DNA of 64,000 nt from Candidatus Sericytochromatia bacterium (GTDB taxonomy: Bacteria > Cyanobacteriota > Sericytochromatia > S15B-MN24 > JAQBPE01): the NCBI GenBank assembly GCA_035285125.1, contig JAYKHR010000045.1:64001-128000 (forward strand), in the 5' to 3' direction. This document shows, one piece after another, positions 9,145 through 17,712 of this stretch. The notes under the pieces are model-generated. The model was not told where the DNA came from, searched no databases, and saw nothing but the letters and a program-made list of their open reading frames with translations. Each line of letters opens with the position of its first letter. Position 1 is the first letter of the stretch. Made by a program: the position numbers and the translations under genes.

Positions 9145-10353
9145 TCAGCCTACCAGAGATCGCCACCCGTTGGAGAGCAGCCCCAAGCCCCCTCGGGCCG
9201 CCCCCGCGATGGCGTTCCAGTTCTCGAGCACGGCGGCGCCCGCCACGAGCGCGCCGCCGACGGCCGTGCCGGCCGGCGGGAAGGGCAGCAGCGCGCTGCC
9301 CACGGTGGTCATCGCGCCCGTCGCGGCAGCCCTGTAGTCGGGCTCCGGCTTCTGAGTCAGGGCGGAGGCGACCTGCACCGTGCCGGCAATGGCCCCGAGC
9401 GCTGGGCCCAGGCGCGTCGCCACCCGCGCGACGGTGCCCGCCACCGGCGTCACGGCCTCGAGCGTTCGGGCGACCTGGGCAGTGCCCGCCGCGACCTCGC
9501 CAGCCCCGCCCACGGCGGTGGTGGCGCCCTGCAGCAGGTCGCCCTGCCGCACCTGCTCGACGCCCCGGGCGATGTTCAACGCCCCACCAACCACGGCGGC
9601 GCCCCCCCCCGCGGCCTGGCCCAGGCGGCCGACGCGGGAGGCCTCACCGAGGTGGCGCTCCATGCGCTCGGCGGCCTGCGTGAGCCGCCCCTGCTCGCCC
9701 CCGACGGCCTGGGCGACGCGGCGGGCGCCGCCGGCCGCCTCCCGGGCCGCCGCCACCGTCTCCGAGAAGCCCTTGGCGGCCTGGACGCCGCCGCCCGTCG
9801 CGTCCCCAGCCAGCGCCTGGTTGAGGCCCTCCGTGAGGTTGCCACCGGCCTCCAGTGCGCCTTGCGCGCCACGCGCCGCGGTGGCCGTGCCCCCGGCGCC
9901 CTGGCCGGTGCGCCCCACGACAGAGCGCTCCCCGACGGCGTCACGCAGGTGGCGCGCCACGGCGGCGAGCCTGGCGCTGCCGGCGTTCGCCCCCGCCTTG
10001 CTGAGGTGGTTGGCAGCCGTGCGGGTGCCCTCGACGGCGCCCGCGATGCCGGCCCCGGCCTGCGCCGCCGCGCCGAGGAGGTCGCCATCGCCCAGCAGGT
10101 TCACGCCCTCGATGATCTTGCCCCCGGCCTCGGCGGCCTCCTGGGCGCTGCGGGCGCCGGCCACGGCGCGGCCGCCGACAAGGCGACCCGTCTCCACCGC
10201 ACTTCTGTCACGGGGCGCGGCCTCGGCGGGCCGGGGTGCGTCGCCCGTGGGCAGGGCCACGGCCCCCTCAGGCGCCGGCGCCTGGGCCGGGGGGCGCCGA
10301 GGCGGTGGGGGGGTGAGGGGCTGGGTGCCGGGGCGGGCGACGGGGTCGGTCAT
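9145..10353 (-). CDS. Gly/Ala-rich hypothetical protein with internal repeats and C-terminal hydrophobic segments
   Basis: GGAGG SD; Pro-rich N-terminus; repeated units (RLAAVARHLRDAVGERSVVGR / RLTQAAERMERHLGEASRVGR); hydrophobic hairpin near the C-terminus. Confidence 0.75.
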   Translation of the reverse strand: MTDPVARPGTQPLTPPPPRRPPAQAPAPEGAVALPTGDAPRPAEAAPRDRSAVETGRLVGGRAVAGARSAQEAAEAGGKIIEGVNLLGDGDLLGAAAQAGAGIAGAVEGTRTAANHLSKAGANAGSARLAAVARHLRDAVGERSVVGRTGQGAGGTATAARGAQGALEAGGNLTEGLNQALAGDATGGGVQAAKGFSETVAAAREAAGGARRVAQAVGGEQGRLTQAAERMERHLGEASRVGRLGQAAGGGAAVVGGALNIARGVEQVRQGDLLQGATTAVGGAGEVAAGTAQVARTLEAVTPVAGTVARVATRLGPALGAIAGTVQVASALTQKPEPDYRAAATGAMTTVGSALLPFPPAGTAVGGALVAGAAVLENWNAIAGAARGGLGLLSNGWRSLVG

Positions 10354-10493
10354 GGGGGATCCTCCATCCAGGGGTGCCCTGGGCGCAATCTGACCCGATC
10401 ATCCCCCGGAAGCCCTGGCAGGGTGCCCCATTTAACGGAAACTTGATGAACTCCAAAAGGAGCCGCGCGCGGGGCGCGGCTCCTGGCGGGCCT

Positions 10494-11387
10494 TCAGGGG
10501 TTGCACAGCTCGCAGCGTCCCGGATCGGCCGTGCGCTCGCCGGCCGGAAACGGGCGCCGGCGCGTGTGTTCGCAGCGCACGCAGCCCTCGACCTTGGCAA
10601 GCGGCTGCCGGGTGGGCTCGCCGCACCAGCCGCAGGGCAGGCCCGGCTGCACCTCGACCACGGCGAAGCCAGGGGCACCACAGGCGCCACAGTGGCTGAG
10701 CGCCCGCGCCACCAGATCACCCGCCGCCTGCCTGATCACCGCCTGGCGCGTCGGGTTCAGGTGGGCCCGCATGTCGGTCTCGATCGCCACCGCGCGTCCC
10801 AAGCCCCTTGGCAGGGCCAGCTCCAGCGCCGCCTCCAGGGCCGCCCGCGTCGCCAGGCCCTTCGCGACCACGCCCGCCAGCTCGGCATCGGGCCCGTCGC
10901 GCACGATCAGGCCGTGCGAGGGGAAGCCGACCCGCTCGGCAAAGGCCAGGGCCTCCTCGCGGGTCGACACAATCGCCCGGGCCAGGTTGGTCGAGGGCGA
11001 GAGGGCCGCGCCCACGAGCTCCAGGCCCGTCGCACGGTCGACGAGGACCAGCAGCTCCCGGTCCGCCTGCAAGAAGGGCGCTGCCGGGTGCGGGCCGAAG
11101 CTGCCCTCGCTGGCGAGGGCGAGATCGGCCCCCGTGCGCGCCAGGGCGGCCTCGGCCTTGGCCCGCGCCGTCTCGAGCTGGCCCCCTGGTCGCGGCACCT
11201 CGCCCGTGAAGGTTCCGAAGGCGTCGGTGTCGAGATCCTCGACCCCCACGAGGCGAAGGCCGAGGCCCTCCCAGAGCAGCGGCGCGAGCAGCTCCACCTT
11301 GCCGTGACGCGTGGGCATCACGGCCGTCCGTCCCCTGAAGGGGGCCCAAGGACCCGATGCCGCCGGTTGGTCCGTGGTCGCGGTCAT
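10494..11387 (-). CDS. DUF6671-like protein with C-terminal 4x CxxC
   Basis: T.HGK, DTD.FGTFTGEV.R, ASEGSFGPHP, ETDMRAHLNPTR, then CGAC, CGWC, CVRC, CELCNP. Confidence 0.8.
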   Translation of the reverse strand: MTATTDQPAASGPWAPFRGRTAVMPTRHGKVELLAPLLWEGLGLRLVGVEDLDTDAFGTFTGEVPRPGGQLETARAKAEAALARTGADLALASEGSFGPHPAAPFLQADRELLVLVDRATGLELVGAALSPSTNLARAIVSTREEALAFAERVGFPSHGLIVRDGPDAELAGVVAKGLATRAALEAALELALPRGLGRAVAIETDMRAHLNPTRQAVIRQAAGDLVARALSHCGACGAPGFAVVEVQPGLPCGWCGEPTRQPLAKVEGCVRCEHTRRRPFPAGERTADPGRCELCNP

Positions 11388-11389
11388 GG

Positions 11390-12811
11390 TCACTCCCCCT
11401 GGGCCTTGCTGTAGCAGGGCTGCCCGTCGGCATGGCGAAGCTTCTCGACATGCATCCACGTACAGTGCTGACTGATCTCCCCAAGCAGCTCCAGAACGTC
11501 CCCTTCGGACACCTCAGCGGCTGCCATGTAGCGGCACCGATGCCAGTCCACCAGCAGGATCTCCGGGGCAGGGCCCGGGAACACCTTGGTGCCCCGGTTC
11601 GAGATCATCGAGAGGGTGAATGGTCCCACCCGCTCGGGCAACGCGGGGATCCCCCCGTGCTCCACGAAAACGTCGACGCCCCGCACCTCCCAGCGCGGCG
11701 GCGGCGCCACCTCCCGGGCACGGGCCTGCGCGACCACCCGGCTGGCCTGCCGGACCCCCGAAGGCTCGACGCCGGCTGGCAGCGCCTTCACGATGGCCTC
11801 CGCGAACGCGTCGGTGGTGGCTGTGCCTCCCAGGTCTCGCGTGCAGATCCCCTCCGCCAGCACCTGGCGCAAGGCAACCTCGACCCGCTCAGCTTGCCCG
11901 TGCAGGCCCAGGTAGCGGAGCATCTGGACGGCCGAGAGCAGGAGGGCCGTCGGGTTGGCCAGGCCCTTCCCGGCGATGTCGGGGGCCGTGCCGTGCACGG
12001 CCTCGAACACGGCCACGTCGGCCCCGATGTTGCCGGCGGGGGCCACGCCGAGGCCCCCGACGAGCCCGGCGGCGAGGTCGGAGATGATGTCACCGTAGAG
12101 GTTGGGCGTCACCAGCACGTCGAACCGCTCGGGCGCCGTGACCAGCTGCATGCAGGCGTTGTCGACCAGAATGTCGTCGGCCTGGATGTCGGGGTACTCC
12201 GCAGCCACCTCCTGGAAGCACGACAGGAACAGGCCGTCCGACAGCTTGTGGATGTTGGCCTTGTGGACGCACGTCACGCGCTTGCGCCCCCACGAGCGGG
12301 CCAGCTCGAAGGCGTAGCGGGCGACCGCAAGAGAGCCTGGCCTGGTGATGACCTTCAGACACTGGACGACCTCGGGAGACTGCCGGTGCTCGATGCCGCC
12401 GTAGGTGTCCTCGATGTTCTCCCGCACGATCACGAGGTCGACCTGGTCGTAGCGCGTCCTGACCCCCGGCAACGATCGCACGGGGCGGACGTTGGCATAG
12501 AGGTCCAGCGCCTTGCGGATGGTGACGTTGACGCTCTTGTGGCCGCTGCCCGAGGGCGTCGCCGTGGGGCCTTTCAGGGCCACGCGGTGACGCTGGATGG
12601 CCCCCAGCGTGTCGGACGGCAGGCCATTGGCAGCCCTCCCGAGGGCGCAGAGGCCGGCATCCTGCCAGTCCCAGGCCAGAGGCGCGCCGACAGCCTCCAG
12701 CACGCGCACGACGGCGCGGGTGATCTCGGGCCCGATCCCGTCTCCTGGGATCACGGCCACGGTGGTGAGGGCGGACGTGGCCGCCTCGCTGGGGGCGTGA
12801 TGGACCTGCAT
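11390..12811 (-). CDS. icd: isocitrate dehydrogenase (IDH/IMDH family, with C-terminal extension)
   Basis: PGDGIGPEI, KGPTATP.G.G.KSVNVTIRK, VHKANI, NLYGDIISDL, FEAVHGTAPDIAG; C-terminal ISNRGTKVFP domain; GGAGG SD. Confidence 0.9.
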   Translation of the reverse strand: MQVHHAPSEAATSALTTVAVIPGDGIGPEITRAVVRVLEAVGAPLAWDWQDAGLCALGRAANGLPSDTLGAIQRHRVALKGPTATPSGSGHKSVNVTIRKALDLYANVRPVRSLPGVRTRYDQVDLVIVRENIEDTYGGIEHRQSPEVVQCLKVITRPGSLAVARYAFELARSWGRKRVTCVHKANIHKLSDGLFLSCFQEVAAEYPDIQADDILVDNACMQLVTAPERFDVLVTPNLYGDIISDLAAGLVGGLGVAPAGNIGADVAVFEAVHGTAPDIAGKGLANPTALLLSAVQMLRYLGLHGQAERVEVALRQVLAEGICTRDLGGTATTDAFAEAIVKALPAGVEPSGVRQASRVVAQARAREVAPPPRWEVRGVDVFVEHGGIPALPERVGPFTLSMISNRGTKVFPGPAPEILLVDWHRCRYMAAAEVSEGDVLELLGEISQHCTWMHVEKLRHADGQPCYSKAQGE

Positions 12812-12821
12812 GGGACCTCCT

Positions 12822-13433
12822 TCAGTCTCGGAAAGAGCCGCCACGCTGGGGTGGACGGGGCGGCACGGGGGTGCTCAGAGTGGTGAACTGCTCCAGGGCG
12901 GGGTCGTAGGCGAGCAGCTGGTCCTGCCGCTCGTCATGGAGCCAGCCGTGGAGCCTCAGGCGGCCGCCATCGACGGCCTCGCGAACGGTCGGGTGGGTGA
13001 GCAGCTGCTCGAGCTGGACCAGCACATGCTCCTGCACGGCAGCCTCCCAGAGGGCCTCGCCATCGAGGTGCATGTAGTGCTCCCGCAGCAGGGCCCGGGT
13101 CCGGGCCGCGTGCGCCGACCAGGCCCGGTGCCCCTCACTCGGCGCAAGGTCCGGCGGCAGCAGCAAGCCCCGCAGGGCCCCGCAGGCCGTGTGGCCACAC
13201 ACGACCAGGTCTTGCACGCCGCGGTGCTGGACCGCGTGGGTGATGGCGGCGGCCACTGGCTGGGGGGCCACCCCATGAGAGGGCACGACGTTGCCGTGGC
13301 TCACGATGCGCACGACGTCCGTCCAGCCTGCCCCGGGCTCTCCGGGAAGCACGCGCGGGGCGTCCGAGCAGCCGATCAGCAGACAGGACCGAGGCTTGGC
13401 CTCCATCCGAGACTTCAACCACGAGGCAAGCAT
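12822..13433 (-). CDS. beta-class carbonic anhydrase-like protein (divergent)
   Basis: IGCSDAPR, GNVVP, VVCGHTACGA, EHVLVQLEQL, LRLHGW; stop overlaps the icd SD region. Confidence 0.8.
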   Translation of the reverse strand: MLASWLKSRMEAKPRSCLLIGCSDAPRVLPGEPGAGWTDVVRIVSHGNVVPSHGVAPQPVAAAITHAVQHRGVQDLVVCGHTACGALRGLLLPPDLAPSEGHRAWSAHAARTRALLREHYMHLDGEALWEAAVQEHVLVQLEQLLTHPTVREAVDGGRLRLHGWLHDERQDQLLAYDPALEQFTTLSTPVPPRPPQRGGSFRD

Positions 13434-13450
13434 GGGGGGACCGTCCTCTC

Positions 13451-13753
13451 TCAGGCGTCGAACGCGAGCGGCTCCGCCGTGGAGAGGCGGCTGCCTGCCA
13501 TGAGCCAGCGGCCCAGGCCGTCTGAGCTCAACCTGTAGAAGGCCCGCTGCCCCACCCGCCGCTGGTCGACCAGCCGGTGAGCCCGCAACAGGGAGAGGTG
13601 CTGGCTCACGGCCGGCCCCTCGAGCCCCAGGGCCTGCCCGATCGCCGAAACGTCGCGCTCTCCATCGAGCAGCAACTCCACCACCCGCAAGCGAACCGGG
13701 TGGGCAAGGACGCGCAGCATCTGGCTGAACTGGACAAGCGAAGGCGCTTTCAT
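13451..13753 (-). CDS. ArsR/SmtB family regulator (no Cys)
   Basis: LAHPVRLRVV, AVSQHLSLLR, GQRAFYRL. Confidence 0.88.
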   Translation of the reverse strand: MKAPSLVQFSQMLRVLAHPVRLRVVELLLDGERDVSAIGQALGLEGPAVSQHLSLLRAHRLVDQRRVGQRAFYRLSSDGLGRWLMAGSRLSTAEPLAFDA

Positions 13754-13758
13754 TTACG

Positions 13759-13882
13759 TCTCCATATATATGCTTATCTATATATCTGGAGAGTAACATT
13801 GAAAACACCTGCGGTCAAGCACCTGAAGACCCGGAACAGGCTTGACATCAGAACTGCAGCACGCATACATATATCTATGGAG
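13759..13882. promoter_or_regulatory. divergent promoter region with AT-rich operator-like palindromes
   Basis: Imperfect inverted repeat tctccatatatatg...tatatatctggaga at 13759-13792; similar element at 13863-13882; TTGACA at 13842-13847. Confidence 0.6.
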
Positions 13883-13893
13883 GCGTAGGCGTC

Positions 13894-14259
13894 TTGCCAC
13901 ATCGGAAGATCGCAGCCAGGGAGCTCGGCGAGCTGTTCGGGGTGCTGTCCCACCCTGAACGGCTCCAGATCGTGGAGGAGCTGCGCCGCGGCGAGCTGGA
14001 CGTGGCGAGCCTGCAGGCGATCCTCGGCATCAGCCACGCCAAGACGTCCCGCCAGCTGTCGATCCTGCGGGCCCAGAAGCTCGTGGCGGAGCGCCAGGAG
14101 GGGCGGCACGTGTTCTACCGCCTGACGGATCGCGCGCTCGCCACCTGGATCGCGGAGGGCCTGGACTTCATCCGCTCGAGCCGCTTTGCGCCGGAGGACA
14201 TCCGCGAGGCCGCGCGGCTGTCGCAGGTCGACTGGCTCGGCCCTGCGCCCGAGGCCTGA
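13894..14259 (+). CDS. ArsR/SmtB family regulator (no Cys)
   Basis: TTG start with GGAGG upstream; LSHPERLQIVEEL, SRQLSILR, EGRHVFYRL. Confidence 0.88.
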   Translation: MPHRKIAARELGELFGVLSHPERLQIVEELRRGELDVASLQAILGISHAKTSRQLSILRAQKLVAERQEGRHVFYRLTDRALATWIAEGLDFIRSSRFAPEDIREAARLSQVDWLGPAPEA

Positions 14260-14268
14260 GGGCAGGGC

Positions 14269-15558
14269 TCAGGGGCGCACGGCCCTCGCCGGGTCGATGC
14301 GGCCATGGCCGAAGTACGCGTTGAAGGCGCTTCCCCCGAGGGGCACGGCCGTCTCCTCGATGCGCCGCTTCACGGCCGCCGCGTCCCACTGCGGGTGGGC
14401 GTCCTTGACGAGGGCGGCCAGGCCCGCCACGTGGGGCGTGGCCATCGACGTGCCCGACATCCAGCCATAGTCGCGGACCGGGTACTCGCTGGCGAAGGTG
14501 GGCACCGTGGCAAGGATGTTGTGGCCGGGAGCAGCCACGGAAATCCAGTCGCCGAAGGACGAGAAGGACGCCCGCGTGTCATCGTCGCGCGTGGCCCCCA
14601 CGGCGATGACGCCGGGGAAGGCCGCCGGGTACAGGATGTCGTTGTGGCCGCTGTTGCCCATCGCCGCGACGAGGATAGCGTCTGCACGCTGCGCATAAAG
14701 CACGGCATCCTTGACGACGGGGTGGGGGTTGGGCGTGCCGAGGCTCATGCTGATCACGTGGGCCCCCTGGTCGGTGGCATGCACGATGCCGGCGGAGACG
14801 CTGGCGATGTCGCCATAGCCGTGGTCGGAGACCACCTTCTCGGCCAGGATGCGGCAGCGCGGGGCCACGCCGACCATGCCCCTGCCGTTGTTGGCGGTGG
14901 CCGCCGCGATGCCCGCCGCGTGGGTGCCGTGGCCGCCTCCGTCGCGCGGGTTGTCGGTGTTGCGCAGCGTGTCGCGACCCTTGACGACCCGGGAGACGCC
15001 CTCCGCCGTGGCGAGGTCCGGGTGGTCCCAGTCCACGCCCGTGTCGAGGATGGCGACCACGGTGCGGGGGCTTGCCATCGTGATGGCGTGGGCGGCCTCC
15101 AGGTTCAGCTTGCGGAAAGCCCACGACTGCCCGAGCAGCGGGTCGTTGTGGCCCGCGACATGCCAGGCCGGGGGCGTGAAGGGCCGCGCGGCCTCGCCCT
15201 CGGGGAGGGTGACGACCTCGTTCAGGGCAGCGTCGGCCACGCCGGGGGTCGCGGCCAGGCGGGCCCGCGCGGCGGCCAGGGCCGTGCCGGGCACCGTCTG
15301 ACGCACCCAGCGCCAGCCGAGCTTGGCGAGCAGCGGCTTCTCGTCCGTCGCATCCCGCAGGTGATGGGCCGCGAAGAGCTGCGTGGCCTCGGCCCGGCTG
15401 ACCTCACCCTCGAGCTTCACGAACAGGCCCGCTGCGGCCAGGCCCCCAAGGGCCTGGGCCCCGGGGCCCCCCACCGCCAGGGCCTGGGGCAGGGCCTGGC
15501 CGCACCCGGGCAGGCCGAGGCCAAGGAGGGTCACACCGAGGAGCCAACGCCGGGTCAT
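14269..15558 (-). CDS. S8 serine peptidase, lipoprotein
   Basis: Signal ending LGLPGC; AILDTG, HGTHAAG, SGTSMATPHVAG; paralog of 699..1913. Confidence 0.92.
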   Translation of the reverse strand: MTRRWLLGVTLLGLGLPGCGQALPQALAVGGPGAQALGGLAAAGLFVKLEGEVSRAEATQLFAAHHLRDATDEKPLLAKLGWRWVRQTVPGTALAAARARLAATPGVADAALNEVVTLPEGEAARPFTPPAWHVAGHNDPLLGQSWAFRKLNLEAAHAITMASPRTVVAILDTGVDWDHPDLATAEGVSRVVKGRDTLRNTDNPRDGGGHGTHAAGIAAATANNGRGMVGVAPRCRILAEKVVSDHGYGDIASVSAGIVHATDQGAHVISMSLGTPNPHPVVKDAVLYAQRADAILVAAMGNSGHNDILYPAAFPGVIAVGATRDDDTRASFSSFGDWISVAAPGHNILATVPTFASEYPVRDYGWMSGTSMATPHVAGLAALVKDAHPQWDAAAVKRRIEETAVPLGGSAFNAYFGHGRIDPARAVRP

Positions 15559-15643
15559 CAGGCAGTCCTTTCGCGCGCAAGTCTGGCCGGGGGGCTTGTC
15601 CGCCGAACATGCAACGAAGGGACAACGAGGGGGGGCAAGTTGT

Positions 15644-15658
15644 TTAAGGATAGATTAA
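15644..15658. promoter_or_regulatory. TTAA-N7-TTAA site upstream of second S8 peptidase
   Basis: TTAAggatagaTTAA. Confidence 0.55.
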
Positions 15659-15749
15659 ACCCCCTAAAAGAACTTGTCCTGAACGGGCGTCCTCCCCCAC
15701 GCAGGCCCGTGGGGCGCTGCTGGTGCGCCCCACGGGGGTGGGCCCGCCC

Positions 15750-16829
15750 TCAGCGTGCGGCCGGCGCGGCCCCGGCGCCCCAGCGTGCGCGAAGCCACAG
15801 CGCCACGTACACCAGCGCCACGAGCGCCGGCACCTCGATGAGCGGGCCCACGACGGCGGCCAGGGCCTCGGCGCTGCCGATGCCGAAGAGCCCGACGGCC
15901 ACGGCGATCGCCAGCTCGAAGTTGTTGCCGGCCGCCGTGAACGACAGCGCCGCGCTGTCCTCGTAGGAGAGGCCCGCCGCCTTGCTCACGGCGAAGGCCA
16001 GCGTGAACATCACGGCGAAGTAGGCCAGCAGCGGCAGGGCGATGTGCAGGACGTCGAGCGGCAGCTGCAGGAGCTTGGCCCCCTGCATCGCGAACATCAA
16101 GACGATGGTGTAGAGCAGCCCGCCAAGGGCGAGCGGCGCGAGGCGCGGCATCAGGACGCCGTCGTACCAGGCGCGGCCCCGCGCCCGGACGCCGAGGGCC
16201 CGCGTGAGGGCACCGAGGGCGAACGGGATGCCCAGGAAGATCCCCACCGACCCCGCGATCTGCCCCATCGAGACGTCGAGGGCCGTGGCCGTGCCCCCGA
16301 GCCAGGTGGGCAGGGCCGTGAGGTAGAACCAGCCAAGCACGGCGTACATGGCGATCTGGAACAGCGAGTTGAGCGCCACCAGCACGGCCCCCACCTCGCG
16401 GTCGCCCCGGGCCAGGTCGTTCCACAGCAGCACCATCGCGATGCAGCGGGCGAGGCCCACCAGCACGAGCCCCGTGCGGTAGGCCGGCTGGTCTGGCAGC
16501 ATCACCCAGGCGAGGGCGAACATCAGCGCGGGGCCCAGCACCCAGTTGAAGGCGAGCGACAGGGCCCACACCCGGCCCTTGGCCTGCATCGCGCCGAGCG
16601 TCTCGTAGCGCACCCGCGCGAGCACCGGATACATCATCGTGAGGAGCCCCAGCGCGATCGGGGCCGAGACGCCCGCGACCTTCCAGGCGTCGAGGCTGGC
16701 CCCGAGGCCCGGAAGGGCCTGCCCGAGGCCGAGGCCGAGGCCCATCGCCACGAAGATCCACACGGGCAAGAAGCGGTCGAGCAGCGACAGCGAGGCGACG
16801 ACGGAGGGGGATTGGCCGGTGGCGCCCAT
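15750..16829 (-). CDS. acr3: ACR3 family arsenite efflux transporter
   Basis: LSLLDRFLPVWIF, MMYP.LA.V.Y, GLARCIAMV, GNNFELAIAVA, VGPLIEVP. Confidence 0.95.
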   Translation of the reverse strand: MGATGQSPSVVASLSLLDRFLPVWIFVAMGLGLGLGQALPGLGASLDAWKVAGVSAPIALGLLTMMYPVLARVRYETLGAMQAKGRVWALSLAFNWVLGPALMFALAWVMLPDQPAYRTGLVLVGLARCIAMVLLWNDLARGDREVGAVLVALNSLFQIAMYAVLGWFYLTALPTWLGGTATALDVSMGQIAGSVGIFLGIPFALGALTRALGVRARGRAWYDGVLMPRLAPLALGGLLYTIVLMFAMQGAKLLQLPLDVLHIALPLLAYFAVMFTLAFAVSKAAGLSYEDSAALSFTAAGNNFELAIAVAVGLFGIGSAEALAAVVGPLIEVPALVALVYVALWLRARWGAGAAPAAR

Positions 16830-16833
16830 GGCC

Positions 16834-17169
16834 TCAGGCCCTCCGCATCGCCAGGGCAGGCGGGAGCCACCCGAGGGCCAGGTCCGTCGCCTGGTAGTAG
16901 TTCCAGCGCCCTTGCCGCCGCGCCCGGACGAGCCCCGCTCGCTGCAGCACGGCGAGGTGGTGCGAGAGCGTGCCCTGGGGGATGCCCAGGGCGGCCACGA
17001 GGTCGCACACGCAGACCTCGCGGTCGCGCACGAGGTAGAGCACCTTCAGCCGGCCGACATCGCCGAGCGCCCTGTGCCGCCGGGCCCGCTCGGCCAGGTC
17101 GGGCGGATACGCCGCCGCAAGCGGGATGCTGCAACAGTCTTCAGGGGTTACGCCACCAGCCTGGGACAT
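16834..17169 (-). CDS. arsR: arsenic-responsive ArsR repressor
   Basis: EVCVCDL metal-binding box, N-terminal CC, LSHHLAVL, GRWNYY; GGAGG SD; upstream of acr3. Confidence 0.9.
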   Translation of the reverse strand: MSQAGGVTPEDCCSIPLAAAYPPDLAERARRHRALGDVGRLKVLYLVRDREVCVCDLVAALGIPQGTLSHHLAVLQRAGLVRARRQGRWNYYQATDLALGWLPPALAMRRA

Positions 17170-17209
17170 CGGACCTCCTGCTCCACGCCCCGTTGACGCG
17201 GGGCAAATC

Positions 17210-17243
17210 ATCGACCAACTTCAATCTATTGAAAAAAGTCGAT
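17210..17243. promoter_or_regulatory. ArsR operator palindrome between divergent arsR and arsC
   Basis: ATCGAC-N4-TTCAAT-CT-ATTGAA-N4-GTCGAT, flanked by TTGACG-like -35 hexamers on both strands. Confidence 0.7.
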
Positions 17244-17268
17244 ACGTCAACCCCGCCACGAGGAACCC

Positions 17269-17685
17269 ATGCGCCACGTCCTGTTCGCCTGCGTCCACAA
17301 CACGGGCCGCTCCCAGATGGCGGAGGCCTTCTTCAACCGGCTCGCGGACCCTGCCCGCGCCCGCGCCCTTTCTGGCGGCACGGAGCCGGCCACGGAGATG
17401 AACCCCACGGTGCTGGCGGTGATGCGGGAGCTCGGCATCGACCTCGTCGGGGAGGGCCACCACCCGAAGCTGGCCGAGGTAGAGGCCCTCGCGCCCGGCG
17501 ATCGCGCCATCTCGATGGGCTGTGGCGTCAGCCTGGCCTGCCCGGCCGTCCTCGGCCCGCTGGAGGACTGGGGCCTCGACGACCCCAAGGGGCAAGGCAT
17601 CGAGCAGGTCCGCGCCATCCGCGACGCGATCCGGGCGCGGGTGGCCGGGTTGGTGGAAGAGTTGGGCGTCGGGCGGGGGGCCTGA
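17269..17685 (+). CDS. arsC: LMW-PTPase-fold arsenate reductase
   Basis: FACVHNTGRSQMAEA (CX5R), ISMGCG...CP, EDWGLDDPKG. Confidence 0.9.
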   Translation: MRHVLFACVHNTGRSQMAEAFFNRLADPARARALSGGTEPATEMNPTVLAVMRELGIDLVGEGHHPKLAEVEALAPGDRAISMGCGVSLACPAVLGPLEDWGLDDPKGQGIEQVRAIRDAIRARVAGLVEELGVGRGA

Positions 17686-17712
17686 CGGGGCGCAGCTGCC
17701 ACTCGCCCCCGC

